A stretch of DNA of 64,000 nucleotides, from IMG/VR virus record IMGVR_UViG_3300029922_000001, positions 248,001-312,000 of that record. One strand, given 5' to 3'. The position numbers and the translations under genes were made by a program. Positions 18,292 through 27,588 of the stretch are shown here, in pieces; the stretch's first letter is position 1; each line of letters begins with the position of its first letter. The notes below the pieces were generated by a model that was given only the letters and a program-made list of their open reading frames with translations, made no database searches and was not told where the DNA came from.

Positions 18292-18864
18292 ATGGTAAGT
18301 CACGATTATTTAAAAGCATCAATTAAAGGTTATCTTGTTAAGGCACAAGATTACACTTGGACTTTACAGGGATTTGGAATGTTAAGACTTCATCTAACAG
18401 ATGAATTCCGACTCAATGTTTGGGATTCTAACTTTAGAGTCCCAAATGTAACACTTACTCATACCCATCCTTGGGATTTTGAAAGTGTGATTATTGCAGG
18501 TATGGTTGATAATGTCATTATGGAAGAAACTGATGAAGAAGAAATGTCTTGTCCTTATCTTCGCGCCTCTATTAAACCAGGAATTGGTGGAGGTATTGAT
18601 GTAAATACAATTAAACCTGTAAATTTACGTGATGCAAGTATTAAGAGGTATACTGAAGGACAGGTTTATAGCCAAACAGCAAATATGATTCATGTTAGTA
18701 ATCCTTTGGATGGCTCTATTACATTTAATCGTCGTCATCGTGTTGGCGAAGATAAAGCACTTGTATATTGGGCTAGTAAAGAATTTATTACAGCAGAACC
18801 AAGAATTGCTACGTCAGAAGAAGTTTCTACTATAACAAAACGATCACTTAATTTGTGGTTTTAA
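18292..18864 (+). CDS. cupin-like hypothetical protein
   Basis: LRLNVW...HTHPWDFESVIIAG. Confidence 0.6.
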   Translation: MVSHDYLKASIKGYLVKAQDYTWTLQGFGMLRLHLTDEFRLNVWDSNFRVPNVTLTHTHPWDFESVIIAGMVDNVIMEETDEEEMSCPYLRASIKPGIGGGIDVNTIKPVNLRDASIKRYTEGQVYSQTANMIHVSNPLDGSITFNRRHRVGEDKALVYWASKEFITAEPRIATSEEVSTITKRSLNLWF

Positions 18865-18892
18865 TCAAGAATGATTGTGGTATACTGAAATC

Positions 18893-20011
18893 ATGGGTTG
18901 TTTTAATGTAGCTTGTAATTTATCAAGCGTATCAATGTATTCGGATGAAGCTTTGTGGATTCCACTGATCTGTAGTGACGCATCAGGCAAATTGCCAATG
19001 GGAGATAATCTTTATATTTACTCTTCCTGTCAATTTACCCCTGTAGCATGTCCAGTATTTGGAAATGTAGATTCTTATGGGCGACTAGAAAATATCGTCA
19101 GAAACGCCAACGTAGAAGCAATTGAGAAGCTTTTTGGTGCCTCTATTGAAGATATCATAGATGAACCAGGTAATTTTTCTGTACCAGGTTTGCCTAACTC
19201 TAAACTCTCTGGCACTTTTGTCAATAAAGAAGCTTTTGAATTAACCAAAAAAACACTTTATGGAGATTATCAAGATAATCTCGCATGTATTACTTCTTAT
19301 GATATGAAGGATGACATTCTCAATATTTGTAATTTCTTTTTCGTTAAAGAAGACAAAACCAAAGGTAGATATAATCGCCTATATACTTGTGAACGATATC
19401 CAGGCGTGGAATGGTGGAGCGATGGGACTTGGGGTAGGTTGTATGTAAACGACACATGTCACGAAAGTATTTTTAATCCTATTCAATTTTTCAATAAATT
19501 GGAAAAAGTTACTGGTATTCTAACGGATGAAAATGTTATTAACATTCTGGAAAACACTTGGAGTGCTAAATTCAAAATTGACTCTATTGTGAATCGACTT
19601 AAAGTAGATGAAAAAGAAGATGAACAATTTGATCATCTAGACATTCCAGAACTTGCGGAAATCAAAGCATTGCTTAAAAAGCCTTCAATGAGTTCTATTA
19701 ATATGGATTTGTTTTCTTTCTCTCAATTTGAAAGTTCCAGATGGGAAATTAGAGAAGTCTTTGAGAAAATGTATAGTCATAATCTTGAACTTTACGCTGA
19801 AGATATAGCAAATCTTGAACATCTTAGTATGGCAATGTTCCTATCTAACAGATTTTGGAGTCCTCAAGCCAATGGTTGCCAACACGGTAGTAAGCGACAA
19901 GAAATAGCACTAGCTGAGTTTGTTATTCAAAGAGCTAGTAGAATGCTGAAAGAATACAATGATGAAAATGCTGCGTTTTATGCTCAACTTGAAGCAGAAG
20001 GTGAAAAATAA
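18893..20011 (+). CDS. hypothetical phage protein
   Basis: MGCFNVACNLS...YDSYGRLENI...NGCQHG. Confidence 0.8.
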   Translation: MGCFNVACNLSSVSMYSDEALWIPLICSDASGKLPMGDNLYIYSSCQFTPVACPVFGNVDSYGRLENIVRNANVEAIEKLFGASIEDIIDEPGNFSVPGLPNSKLSGTFVNKEAFELTKKTLYGDYQDNLACITSYDMKDDILNICNFFFVKEDKTKGRYNRLYTCERYPGVEWWSDGTWGRLYVNDTCHESIFNPIQFFNKLEKVTGILTDENVINILENTWSAKFKIDSIVNRLKVDEKEDEQFDHLDIPELAEIKALLKKPSMSSINMDLFSFSQFESSRWEIREVFEKMYSHNLELYAEDIANLEHLSMAMFLSNRFWSPQANGCQHGSKRQEIALAEFVIQRASRMLKEYNDENAAFYAQLEAEGEK

Positions 20012-20598
20012 TGTTTTGGAATAAAAAGAAGACTGAACAAGAAGTTCAACAAGAAGTTGAAGCTAAGCGTGATATTTCTGAAATTGACGGATGGACAGCA
20101 AGTGATATTCAAGATTTCATATTATGCGGTAAAAGTTTTTTTCCTGTGCATAATTTAGCGCACGACATTATCCATAGTGAGGGAAATAACAAACCAGTTG
20201 ACGAATGGGCGAAAGTAGCAAGTTTAATTTTGAATTTTTTTCAAGAATATGCTCAATGGATGCATCTTATACGTAGAAGCGGTCAAGATCATAGATTAGC
20301 CTATAGATGTTTAAATTCATTGCACCACAATTGGCAAATTATTATTGAAGAGGCTGTTAAGTATGAAACAGATCATGATGTTGATCTTGTGCGACAAGTA
20401 TTGAAATTTAATCGTGATTTGTTGTTCTACATTAATTTATGTGAGAAGTATCAAGAATATCTAAATGAACACTACAAAGATAATCCTAGAGATTCTTACA
20501 TGTTAAAACCCTTAGATAAGCGAATTGAACTTTCGGCACCTAAATATCAAAACAAAGAAATAAGAAATTATGCACCAGAGGAAAACAATGGAAACTAA
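20011..20598 (+). CDS. hypothetical protein
   Basis: ORF track; stop/start overlap. Confidence 0.75.
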   Translation: MFWNKKKTEQEVQQEVEAKRDISEIDGWTASDIQDFILCGKSFFPVHNLAHDIIHSEGNNKPVDEWAKVASLILNFFQEYAQWMHLIRRSGQDHRLAYRCLNSLHHNWQIIIEEAVKYETDHDVDLVRQVLKFNRDLLFYINLCEKYQEYLNEHYKDNPRDSYMLKPLDKRIELSAPKYQNKEIRNYAPEENNGN

Positions 20599-20797
20599 AA
20601 CAGCAATAGAAATGTCAATATAAGAAATTAATATATTCTTAGCCACTAAAGTATTTGGTTGGACTAACGTTAAAAAGAAACGCCCTTAATTTATGTAAGG
20701 CTTCTGTTAGAACCTTGATTCTGTTTTCTTTTTTAGCAATATCGTCTGCTACTTTTTGTTTAAATATGATATTATCTAAGCAATTATTCATAGCCTA

Positions 20798-21694
20798 TTA
20801 TAAGAGAACTACTCTGTCCTCAATAATACTCTTTACAAAACCACCAACGTATGTGGTGAACTCTGGATTCCAATGCTTAGGCATAAATTGAGGATTCATA
20901 CACTCCACAAAGTGATTTCGCCAAAGCTTAATCATTCCTTCTGGTGTGTATTTAGCTACAATTAAGTTCCAAGTATTCTGTTCCTTATATCGCTTCTTTA
21001 ATACATACTTGCTTAGGTTTTGGTTCTTCTTTTTAATGCTTTCTTTTAGTTCTGGAGACATGCTCTTTCGAATTTCTTCTCTAGCATCATATTCTTCCTT
21101 AGCATATTTGTAAACCAAATCAAGATCCAATGGCGCACCAATCTGCTTTTCAAGCTTATTCCATAGTGCTACCCATTCATAGCTATTCATTGAAGTTTCT
21201 GAATAAACTAAATGGAAACACTGTTTCTTAAATGTGCCTCTCATAACCAAACTAGTATGTTCAACTTCACTCTTTAGCTTTGCCTTCAAAGGATTAGCAA
21301 ACTTTTGTTCATATAGTTCATGACATTCACGACAAGTTAACACTAAATCGTGTGCTTCAGCAAACTTCTTATACTTTACAGGAAAGAAATTACGTACACA
21401 TTTAGGAATAACGTGATGCCTGTCTAAATTATCTGGTCTACCGCAAACAACACACATAGTTTGTCTAGGTGTTTTGTAGATTGGGTGAGTCAAATTTAAA
21501 ATTTCGTCACTTGGTTTCTTATTGAGTTGTAATACGCAAGGTTGCTGCGATACGATTTGTCCTTTTTCGTATCTCAATAAGAGATTAGCAATACTTCTAC
21601 CTGTGTAAAAGACTACTTCATTATTTGGGTCAACGACCTTCACATTTTGATAAAATGGATTTTCGTCTGACCACCGATTTCCTTTTGAAGCCAT
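20798..21694 (-). CDS. HNH-type protein resembling the C-terminal domain of EXD2
   Basis: YQNVKVVDPNNEVVFYT; CVVCG...RHHVIPKCVRNFFP...HDLVLTCRECH. Confidence 0.7.
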   Translation of the reverse strand: MASKGNRWSDENPFYQNVKVVDPNNEVVFYTGRSIANLLLRYEKGQIVSQQPCVLQLNKKPSDEILNLTHPIYKTPRQTMCVVCGRPDNLDRHHVIPKCVRNFFPVKYKKFAEAHDLVLTCRECHELYEQKFANPLKAKLKSEVEHTSLVMRGTFKKQCFHLVYSETSMNSYEWVALWNKLEKQIGAPLDLDLVYKYAKEEYDAREEIRKSMSPELKESIKKKNQNLSKYVLKKRYKEQNTWNLIVAKYTPEGMIKLWRNHFVECMNPQFMPKHWNPEFTTYVGGFVKSIIEDRVVLL

Positions 21695-21715
21695 ATAAGC
21701 TATTGTAGCATATTT

Positions 21716-22162
21716 CTATGGTGATTTCGCCCAATAGTTTTTATAATGTTTAACTTCAGCATCTAAATCAAAAGGTAATCCTTTAACATGGTTGAAGTAA
21801 GCTTTAGATATAATGCCAGTCATATCATCCGCATGAAGTACTCCTAAATTTTTAAACCACTTAGCTAATACGGAGTCATGCCACAATCCCCAGGTATTGC
21901 GCATATAAGTACCATAGCCATGATGTGGCATCATTTCATAAGTGGATTTAGCATCATTTTTGATGAAATCTATATATTCAGGAGTTGCCACTGAATCAAA
22001 ATAAGCGATAACTTCATCTAGATTATTTGGGATATTGGTTGCACTAATAGCGGGTAAGATTTTTACAACCTTAACTAGCCTATTAAAATATTCATTATTA
22101 TCGAAAGCGTCTTGAATTGATTTGTCTGTGACTTTTTCCATGCGTACTTCATCATTGTTCAT
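21716..22162 (-). CDS. DUF6794-like protein
   Basis: HHGYGTYMRNTWGLW...GVLHADDMTGII. Confidence 0.6.
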   Translation of the reverse strand: MNNDEVRMEKVTDKSIQDAFDNNEYFNRLVKVVKILPAISATNIPNNLDEVIAYFDSVATPEYIDFIKNDAKSTYEMMPHHGYGTYMRNTWGLWHDSVLAKWFKNLGVLHADDMTGIISKAYFNHVKGLPFDLDAEVKHYKNYWAKSP

Positions 22163-22680
22163 AGTTTATTATACTTAATCAGATTCTCTTCTTGTGTGAT
22201 TTTATCCCAAGGTGCTTTAGATTGAAGAACTTTTTCAACAGTTGGATCATAATCCCAACGTTTAATCATATTTTGAATACTTTTAAGAGGTACACTATGT
22301 TGATTTCTTTTAGCTAATTCTTGTGCATCGAATTTCCAAGGTGTTTCAGGTTCATGAAAACTAACTTTATAATCATATTTTTGAGCAAGTTTTACGTACT
22401 CTCGAAATTCATAAAAAGAACAATTTGTATTGTCACAAATAATAGGAGTAATACCTTGTTGCATTGCCACTTCAGTTCTTCTTTCATTTTCTTTATGATT
22501 TTCAGTTAGTTTATTAACATCAAATTTATATTCACCATTAACCATAAATAGATCATCAGTAGAATGAATAACTCCACCTTTTCCTAATTGCTTAGAAAGA
22601 AAACTTTTGCCAGAACCGGGAAGTCCGCGAATTATTCTTAACTCTTTTTCTTGTTGTGCTTTTCTATACCAAGTAGACAT
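22159..22680 (-). CDS. AAA_33 / N4BP2-like polynucleotide kinase
   Basis: RGLPGSGKS, STDD, ICDNTN, LAKRNQHSVP. Confidence 0.88.
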   Translation of the reverse strand: MSTWYRKAQQEKELRIIRGLPGSGKSFLSKQLGKGGVIHSTDDLFMVNGEYKFDVNKLTENHKENERRTEVAMQQGITPIICDNTNCSFYEFREYVKLAQKYDYKVSFHEPETPWKFDAQELAKRNQHSVPLKSIQNMIKRWDYDPTVEKVLQSKAPWDKITQEENLIKYNKL

Positions 22681-22687
22681 AATTCGA

Positions 22688-23395
22688 TTATACCATTTTT
22701 CTATCAATAATTTCTCTAGTAATATATCCAGTAAACTTCTGCCAAGATTTCCGCGTCATTTGTTTTCTTACTCTTTTATATAAAGAATGTTTCTTAATTG
22801 CTTTAGTTATTGCTTTACCATTGAGCTTAATAGAGTCAACATCAATGCACGACATAAAGCTTTTTGCTAAAGCTTGAACTTCTAGGGGATTGTTAAAATA
22901 CGCATACTCTCCCATGTCATAGATGTTGATATATGTTTTGTCTTTACGTTTTTCTGTATACTCATTTTGAAAATTAGTAATATACAAATCATAATCAGCA
23001 TGAAAATCTGGCACACATCCTGCTTGTAAACAGTGAACCAACTCATGTCCCAATCTATCAACATAATCTGCGAGACAATGACATTCACATATATCAAGAT
23101 ATATGTAATAGTACATATATCTTTCACCAAAACCGCTGGAATCATCATCTAAAAGAAATATTCTAATAGGATATTTAAACATTTTTAGTGAGTTTAACCA
23201 ATTTTCTATTTCTAATAGTTTTCTTCTAAATTTATTACCATTAATGGAACTTTCTAATATACCAATACTTTCCTCAATACAAGGATGACGTTGTTTAACT
23301 GTTTTTGTTTTTATTTCACTTAATTTCCAATTAACTTCAATTAATCGTTTAGCTAATTCAACTTCAATTCCATGTGTATCGGGGATTTTAGGCAT
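22688..23395 (-). CDS. HExxH metallopeptidase-like protein
   Basis: GHELVHCLQ...YFNNPLEVQA; paralogous to 60393-61091. Confidence 0.6.
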   Translation of the reverse strand: MPKIPDTHGIEVELAKRLIEVNWKLSEIKTKTVKQRHPCIEESIGILESSINGNKFRRKLLEIENWLNSLKMFKYPIRIFLLDDDSSGFGERYMYYYIYLDICECHCLADYVDRLGHELVHCLQAGCVPDFHADYDLYITNFQNEYTEKRKDKTYINIYDMGEYAYFNNPLEVQALAKSFMSCIDVDSIKLNGKAITKAIKKHSLYKRVRKQMTRKSWQKFTGYITREIIDRKMV

Positions 23396-23445
23396 AAACT
23401 CTTAAACTCTCTAACTCGTAAGCACCTTGTGGTGCTTTATTATAC

Positions 23446-23730
23446 TTATCGGTAAATATGAATGTGAGCAAAGGTTGGTTTATTGGTTAATGCTACTTCG
23501 TATTTCAAAACACAAGAATCTTCACCATCTTTCATGTGTTTGGCAGATATAATTTCTTTATCAATACCATCTTTTCCAGCAAGACGAATACCTGTTTGTT
23601 TAAGAGCGGCAGATTTGATAGCGTGTTGGAAAAATATATCAGCGTGTTGTGAATATCCTTCACGATCTAATCTAGCACTCATTTCTAAAATTAAATCTTG
23701 ATTCATATAACCAATATACGCAATCCACAA
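23446..23730 (-). CDS. hypothetical protein
   Basis: ORF track. Confidence 0.6.
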   Translation of the reverse strand: MWIAYIGYMNQDLILEMSARLDREGYSQHADIFFQHAIKSAALKQTGIRLAGKDGIDKEIISAKHMKDGEDSCVLKYEVALTNKPTFAHIHIYR

Positions 23731-23918
23731 TTAAAAACCTTTACAATAAAATATGGTTTCTAAGCGTAAAATACTCAAAGTAATAAATAGAGAAATTAGA
23801 ATAGTCAACTCTAATATACAAAGATGTAGTTCAAAAAGTAGCTATTTGAGACTTATGACACGTAAAATTCTCTTAATTAATTATCAACACAAATTACAAT
23901 AATTCTTATAATACAATT

Positions 23919-24311
23919 ATGGAAAATACAAATAAAATCCCTAAAGAAATTAAGATCGTAAAAGTTGGTAGTGACGATTATCCTGCATCTGAAGCAGATT
24001 TAGAAGCAGTTCAAGAAGAATTAGCCGCATTAGCTAACGATCCCACATTGCCTAAAACTAATAAATATAAAACTCAAACCATTAAACCTTCCGGTAAAGG
24101 TGAAAAACAAATTTTATTTGTTAAACTTGGTAATAGACATCGTTATGCCAGTGAGTCAGACCTGGATTCAGTAAGGGAAGAAATACTTAAATCATTAAAA
24201 GATTTAAAAAATGATAATCTACTCACCTGGGTCGTACCTCATGATTTTAACATCAAAATTCTCAATGTTGATTCACAAGATGATATTGAAGTAAAAGTTG
24301 AACGCGGATAA
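23919..24311 (+). CDS. protein made of two copies of a portal-clip-like motif
   Basis: IVKVGSDDYPASEADLEAVQEE and FVKLGNRHRYASESDLDSVREE internal repeat. Confidence 0.65.
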   Translation: MENTNKIPKEIKIVKVGSDDYPASEADLEAVQEELAALANDPTLPKTNKYKTQTIKPSGKGEKQILFVKLGNRHRYASESDLDSVREEILKSLKDLKNDNLLTWVVPHDFNIKILNVDSQDDIEVKVERG

Positions 24312-24662
24312 TTACCAAATAAGAGTTGCATAAGTTATGTCATCTTCAGTCCAATAATGGACTTCGTAGCCCATAATAGCCATTTCTGCGGCAAATAAAC
24401 TACCATCATCATGAGTTGCGTAAGTTGGTTGACTGATTGTTATTTTCCGTTTACCAGCTTGTGCTGCTCCACTAATTCGCTTAAAAACCGATGCAAAACG
24501 TTGTTCGATTTGTTCCTGACGTTGTTTCTTTTCTATTACAGGAATTGCTGTCACTTTTGGCATTAATCCTCTAGCTTCTTTGGCTTTCATATCATTATTG
24601 TACTTATAATAGAGATATGAAGCCATTATGGACAGATAGAGATCGTAGCCCAAGTGAACCAA
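24312..24662 (-). CDS. hypothetical protein
   Basis: ORF track. Confidence 0.6.
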   Translation of the reverse strand: MVHLGYDLYLSIMASYLYYKYNNDMKAKEARGLMPKVTAIPVIEKKQRQEQIEQRFASVFKRISGAAQAGKRKITISQPTYATHDDGSLFAAEMAIMGYEVHYWTEDDITYATLIW

Positions 24663-24967
24663 ATTTCACAGATTATACCTATGTGTATTTTCAAGGTCAT
24701 AAAATTGGAGAAATTAAAGATTGCATAAGTTATTCTTTAACTCCATATTTAAATGAAGCTGAAATTGATGACATTGATCATATTTGCACTTTTACTATTA
24801 TAAATCAATATAAAGAATATGATCAAAAGTGTATAGAAATTGTAGATGAATGCGGAAGATATTACAACATGCATAATGAAATAATACAACTTGGATTAAA
24901 GGCTAAAATTCAACAGTTAGGTGAATTGTATGCAAATGAAACTAAAAAGATGGCTACTGTTGTATAA
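24617..24967 (+). CDS. hypothetical protein
   Basis: ORF track. Confidence 0.6.
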   Translation: MKPLWTDRDRSPSEPNFTDYTYVYFQGHKIGEIKDCISYSLTPYLNEAEIDDIDHICTFTIINQYKEYDQKCIEIVDECGRYYNMHNEIIQLGLKAKIQQLGELYANETKKMATVV

Positions 24968-24975
24968 ACAGTAGC

Positions 24976-25149
24976 ATGGATATTTTAGATAGATACAGTA
25001 AAGATACTATAGATTATGTGCTATTAACTGACGTATGCAAATCCGCAATACTCGACACCATTTTTCAGATGGTAGATAGAGGGGCACCAGATGAAGAGAT
25101 TCTTGATGATATCAGGCAATTAAGAGAAAGATATCTAAGTATTCGTTAA
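24976..25149 (+). CDS. 57-aa hypothetical protein (not in ORF track)
   Basis: Manual translation MDILDRYSKDTIDYVLL...RYLSIR*. Confidence 0.5.
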   Translation: MDILDRYSKDTIDYVLLTDVCKSAILDTIFQMVDRGAPDEEILDDIRQLRERYLSIR

Positions 25150-25275
25150 ATTATGTAACAAATTAGGATTGCGGAATCCTAGTTAATATGGAACAAAATC
25201 TATTAACCATTCATATCAATCGTCTTCAAAAACTTATTCAAATGAACGCACCTGATTTTATCATAGAACAAGAGG

Positions 25276-25950
25276 TTAAATTATTACTCTCACTTTGGGT
25301 TTAACCCAAAGTGACTCAATAGTAAAATAAACAACAATACCTAAAGCTGGATTAATTTCATATTCATGCTCTCCATCTTCATTTATAACAGGTTGATCAT
25401 TATCATCATATAAATAAATATGCCCACGAACATCATCGGCAGGTAAACATTTAATTTTACTAACTTGTAAATCACCATAAACTTGTATATTTTTACATAC
25501 GGCTTCACGGTGAGCATCCTCAAACATGTTTAAGCCATCATCAAATAGTAATTCTTGGCGATTGTAACCAGCCTGATTAAGTGTTTGATAAATATAAACA
25601 TCTAATTGTCTAGATAAGCTTCTAATGGCTTTATTTGCACTAGACTCACTAAATAAAGCACCCATTCTTTCATCCCAAGGCAAATCACACTTTGGATCAC
25701 GCATTCTTACTGCTAATGAACATGCTATTTCAATAGGTTTAATACTGTCTAAGTCTATTGTTTTAATTTGTTGTGGTATATGAAAGCGACTATTAGATAA
25801 TGCCACAACGTCCATATTAATATATGAAGAATCTATGACTGTTAAAATACTTTTCCAAGTGTTGGTAATACCATCAAATTTTTCTTGAATAACTAATTCC
25901 TGTTGTTTAGTTGCTTCAATCCTATCATTTACATTTTTAAAGTAATTCAT
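25276..25950 (-). CDS. truncated, divergent capsid-protein-like paralog
   Basis: SLSRQLDVYIYQTLNQA aligns with RQIDT...INAA of the 41080 and 42459 proteins; LPADD...LGIVVY. Confidence 0.5.
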   Translation of the reverse strand: MNYFKNVNDRIEATKQQELVIQEKFDGITNTWKSILTVIDSSYINMDVVALSNSRFHIPQQIKTIDLDSIKPIEIACSLAVRMRDPKCDLPWDERMGALFSESSANKAIRSLSRQLDVYIYQTLNQAGYNRQELLFDDGLNMFEDAHREAVCKNIQVYGDLQVSKIKCLPADDVRGHIYLYDDNDQPVINEDGEHEYEINPALGIVVYFTIESLWVKPKVRVII

Positions 25951-26813
25951 ATATTATTATAAGTCATTTTATAATCATAATCATAAGCCTTAAACCACTT
26001 CCTGATAGCATTATCACTAACTCCATATTTCTTACCAATCTTAACCATTGATAAAGTTTTGTAATCTTCAATTAATTGTTCTAATGATGGTCTTTCTGCT
26101 TTTCGTGTATTTAATGCACGATCTTGTGAGTTTGGTAATACAATATTAAAGTATTTACATATTCTTATAATTTTACTTTCAGAACATTTAAATTGTTTGC
26201 CAATTAATTTTAATCCATTTTTATTAATCAATTGTTGGAGTTCTTCTTTGGTTAAATTATTATCATCTACCCAAATTTTATAATCTTTTTTTTGTCTTTC
26301 TTTAACCTCTTTTATTGATAAATGTTTTGCCCATAATTTGTTTTTAGATCCAAAATTATCAGTTTGACTATGACAGTTAGGACATAAAAATCTTAAATTA
26401 TCTTGTGTATTATGAGTGTAGTTTCCATCAACATGATCAACGTGTAATGTTATTTTCTTTCCTAACCAATCTTTATTGACAAAACATTCACTACCTTCAC
26501 ACTCATAAGGTCTTCCAGTTTCAATAAGAGCCCTAGTTAATAATTTAGATGATACTCTGTTATTTCCAAATTTTATATTTACTAAAATATCTTCGGCAGT
26601 TTTACGATTTACACTTTTCTTGCCTCTCATCCAGTTTTCACTATTGAAATGGTCTGTATTAATATTAAAATAATTAACTCTACGTTTAATGTGTGTTTGG
26701 CTACCACCAGCTTGTACAATATTTAGATTTCTTAAAACCCCTGCATAGGAAAAACTTTTATTTACCGCTTCTTCTAATATGTCTTTTGTGTATTTTTCTT
26801 TATATTTTCTCAT
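25947..26813 (-). CDS. HNH homing endonuclease with HTH tail
   Basis: LHVDHVDGNYTHN...LRFLCPNCHSQT; IGKKYGVSDNAIRKW. Confidence 0.92.
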   Translation of the reverse strand: MRKYKEKYTKDILEEAVNKSFSYAGVLRNLNIVQAGGSQTHIKRRVNYFNINTDHFNSENWMRGKKSVNRKTAEDILVNIKFGNNRVSSKLLTRALIETGRPYECEGSECFVNKDWLGKKITLHVDHVDGNYTHNTQDNLRFLCPNCHSQTDNFGSKNKLWAKHLSIKEVKERQKKDYKIWVDDNNLTKEELQQLINKNGLKLIGKQFKCSESKIIRICKYFNIVLPNSQDRALNTRKAERPSLEQLIEDYKTLSMVKIGKKYGVSDNAIRKWFKAYDYDYKMTYNNI

Positions 26814-26892
26814 ACTATTAATATACTGGAAGATACACTAAATTACCTTTAATTAAAGGTATAGGTTCAAATTTATAATAAAATTTATCTCG

Positions 26893-26973
26893 TACTAGGA
26901 AAGGGACTCGAACCCTCAAGGATCATTCGTTCTTAACGAAGTGGGTCTGCCATTTCCCATTATCCACCCTAGC
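26893..26973 (-). tRNA. tRNA-Leu(AAG)-like gene with a non-canonical core
   Basis: Extra GGATAA between acceptor and D-arm, complementary to ATCC in the short variable region; loop TT-AAG-AA; A73. Confidence 0.7.
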
Positions 26974-26986
26974 ATATTAATCTCGG

Positions 26987-27068
26987 TACTAGAGAAGGGA
27001 TTCGAACCCTCAAGGATTTTTGTTTCTAAAACAAAACGGTCTACCGATTCCACGTTATCCACCCTAGC
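26987..27068 (-). tRNA. tRNA-Leu(TAG)-like gene with the same non-canonical core
   Basis: GCTAGGGTGGATAA...ATCCTTGAGGGTTCGA shared with its neighbour; loop TT-TAG-AA; A73. Confidence 0.7.
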
Positions 27069-27078
27069 ATTTATCTCG

Positions 27079-27162
27079 TCCCGGCGAGTGGACTCGAACC
27101 ACCACGCCCTTTCAGGCAACAGATTTTGAGTCTGCCGCATCTACCAATTACACCACACCGGG
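27079..27162 (-). tRNA. tRNA-Leu(CAA)
   Basis: Canonical type II cloverleaf, CT-CAA-AA. Confidence 0.92.
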
Positions 27163-27181
27163 ATATTTCTCGTATAAGAAA

Positions 27182-27361
27182 TTAATTCTTATTTTGTGAA
27201 TCAAGTTGTCTTACTCTACTAAATAAAGCATCTCTCATTTCTTTGTTTTCACTTACTTCTTTAGCGTATGCACCCATCATATTTCTAAACATTTTTTGAC
27301 CTTCTTCAGTATTCATTGCTGATTCAATTATTTTCATTTTTTCAGGACTTGTTATAATCAT
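27182..27361 (-). CDS. 59-aa hypothetical protein inside the Leu array (not in ORF track)
   Basis: GGAG SD; MIITSPEKMKIIESAMNTEEGQKMFRN...DSQNKN*. Confidence 0.7.
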   Translation of the reverse strand: MIITSPEKMKIIESAMNTEEGQKMFRNMMGAYAKEVSENKEMRDALFSRVRQLDSQNKN

Positions 27362-27382
27362 ATTAATTCTCCAATATCTCGG

Positions 27383-27484
27383 TGAGCAAACAGGGACTTG
27401 AACCCTGATGACATTTTACTGTCGATGGGTTAGCAAAATTCTGATCTTGCTAAGCCCATTGCGTCTACATTTCGCCATTCGCCC
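27383..27484 (-). tRNA. tRNA-Leu(TAG)-like gene with an 18-nt hairpin insertion in the anticodon loop
   Basis: ATGGG/CCCAT stem around CTTAG[CAAGATCAGAATTTTGCT]AA; long V-arm; A73. Confidence 0.8.
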
Positions 27485-27493
27485 ATATTCTCG

Positions 27494-27579
27494 TGCGGAG
27501 TAAAAGATTTGAACTTTCACCTGTTGATAAGACAGAATGGGACCTTAGCCCATCGCGGCTACCATTACGCCAACCCCGC
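27494..27579 (-). tRNA. tRNA-Leu(AAG)
   Basis: ATGGG-CTAAGGT-CCCAT arm, long V-arm, A73. Confidence 0.85.
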
Positions 27580-27588
27580 ATATTCTCG

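Noticed and set aside
27182-27361. AMNTEEGQKM resembling a capsid N-terminal motif
   Set aside because: Too short to support homology.
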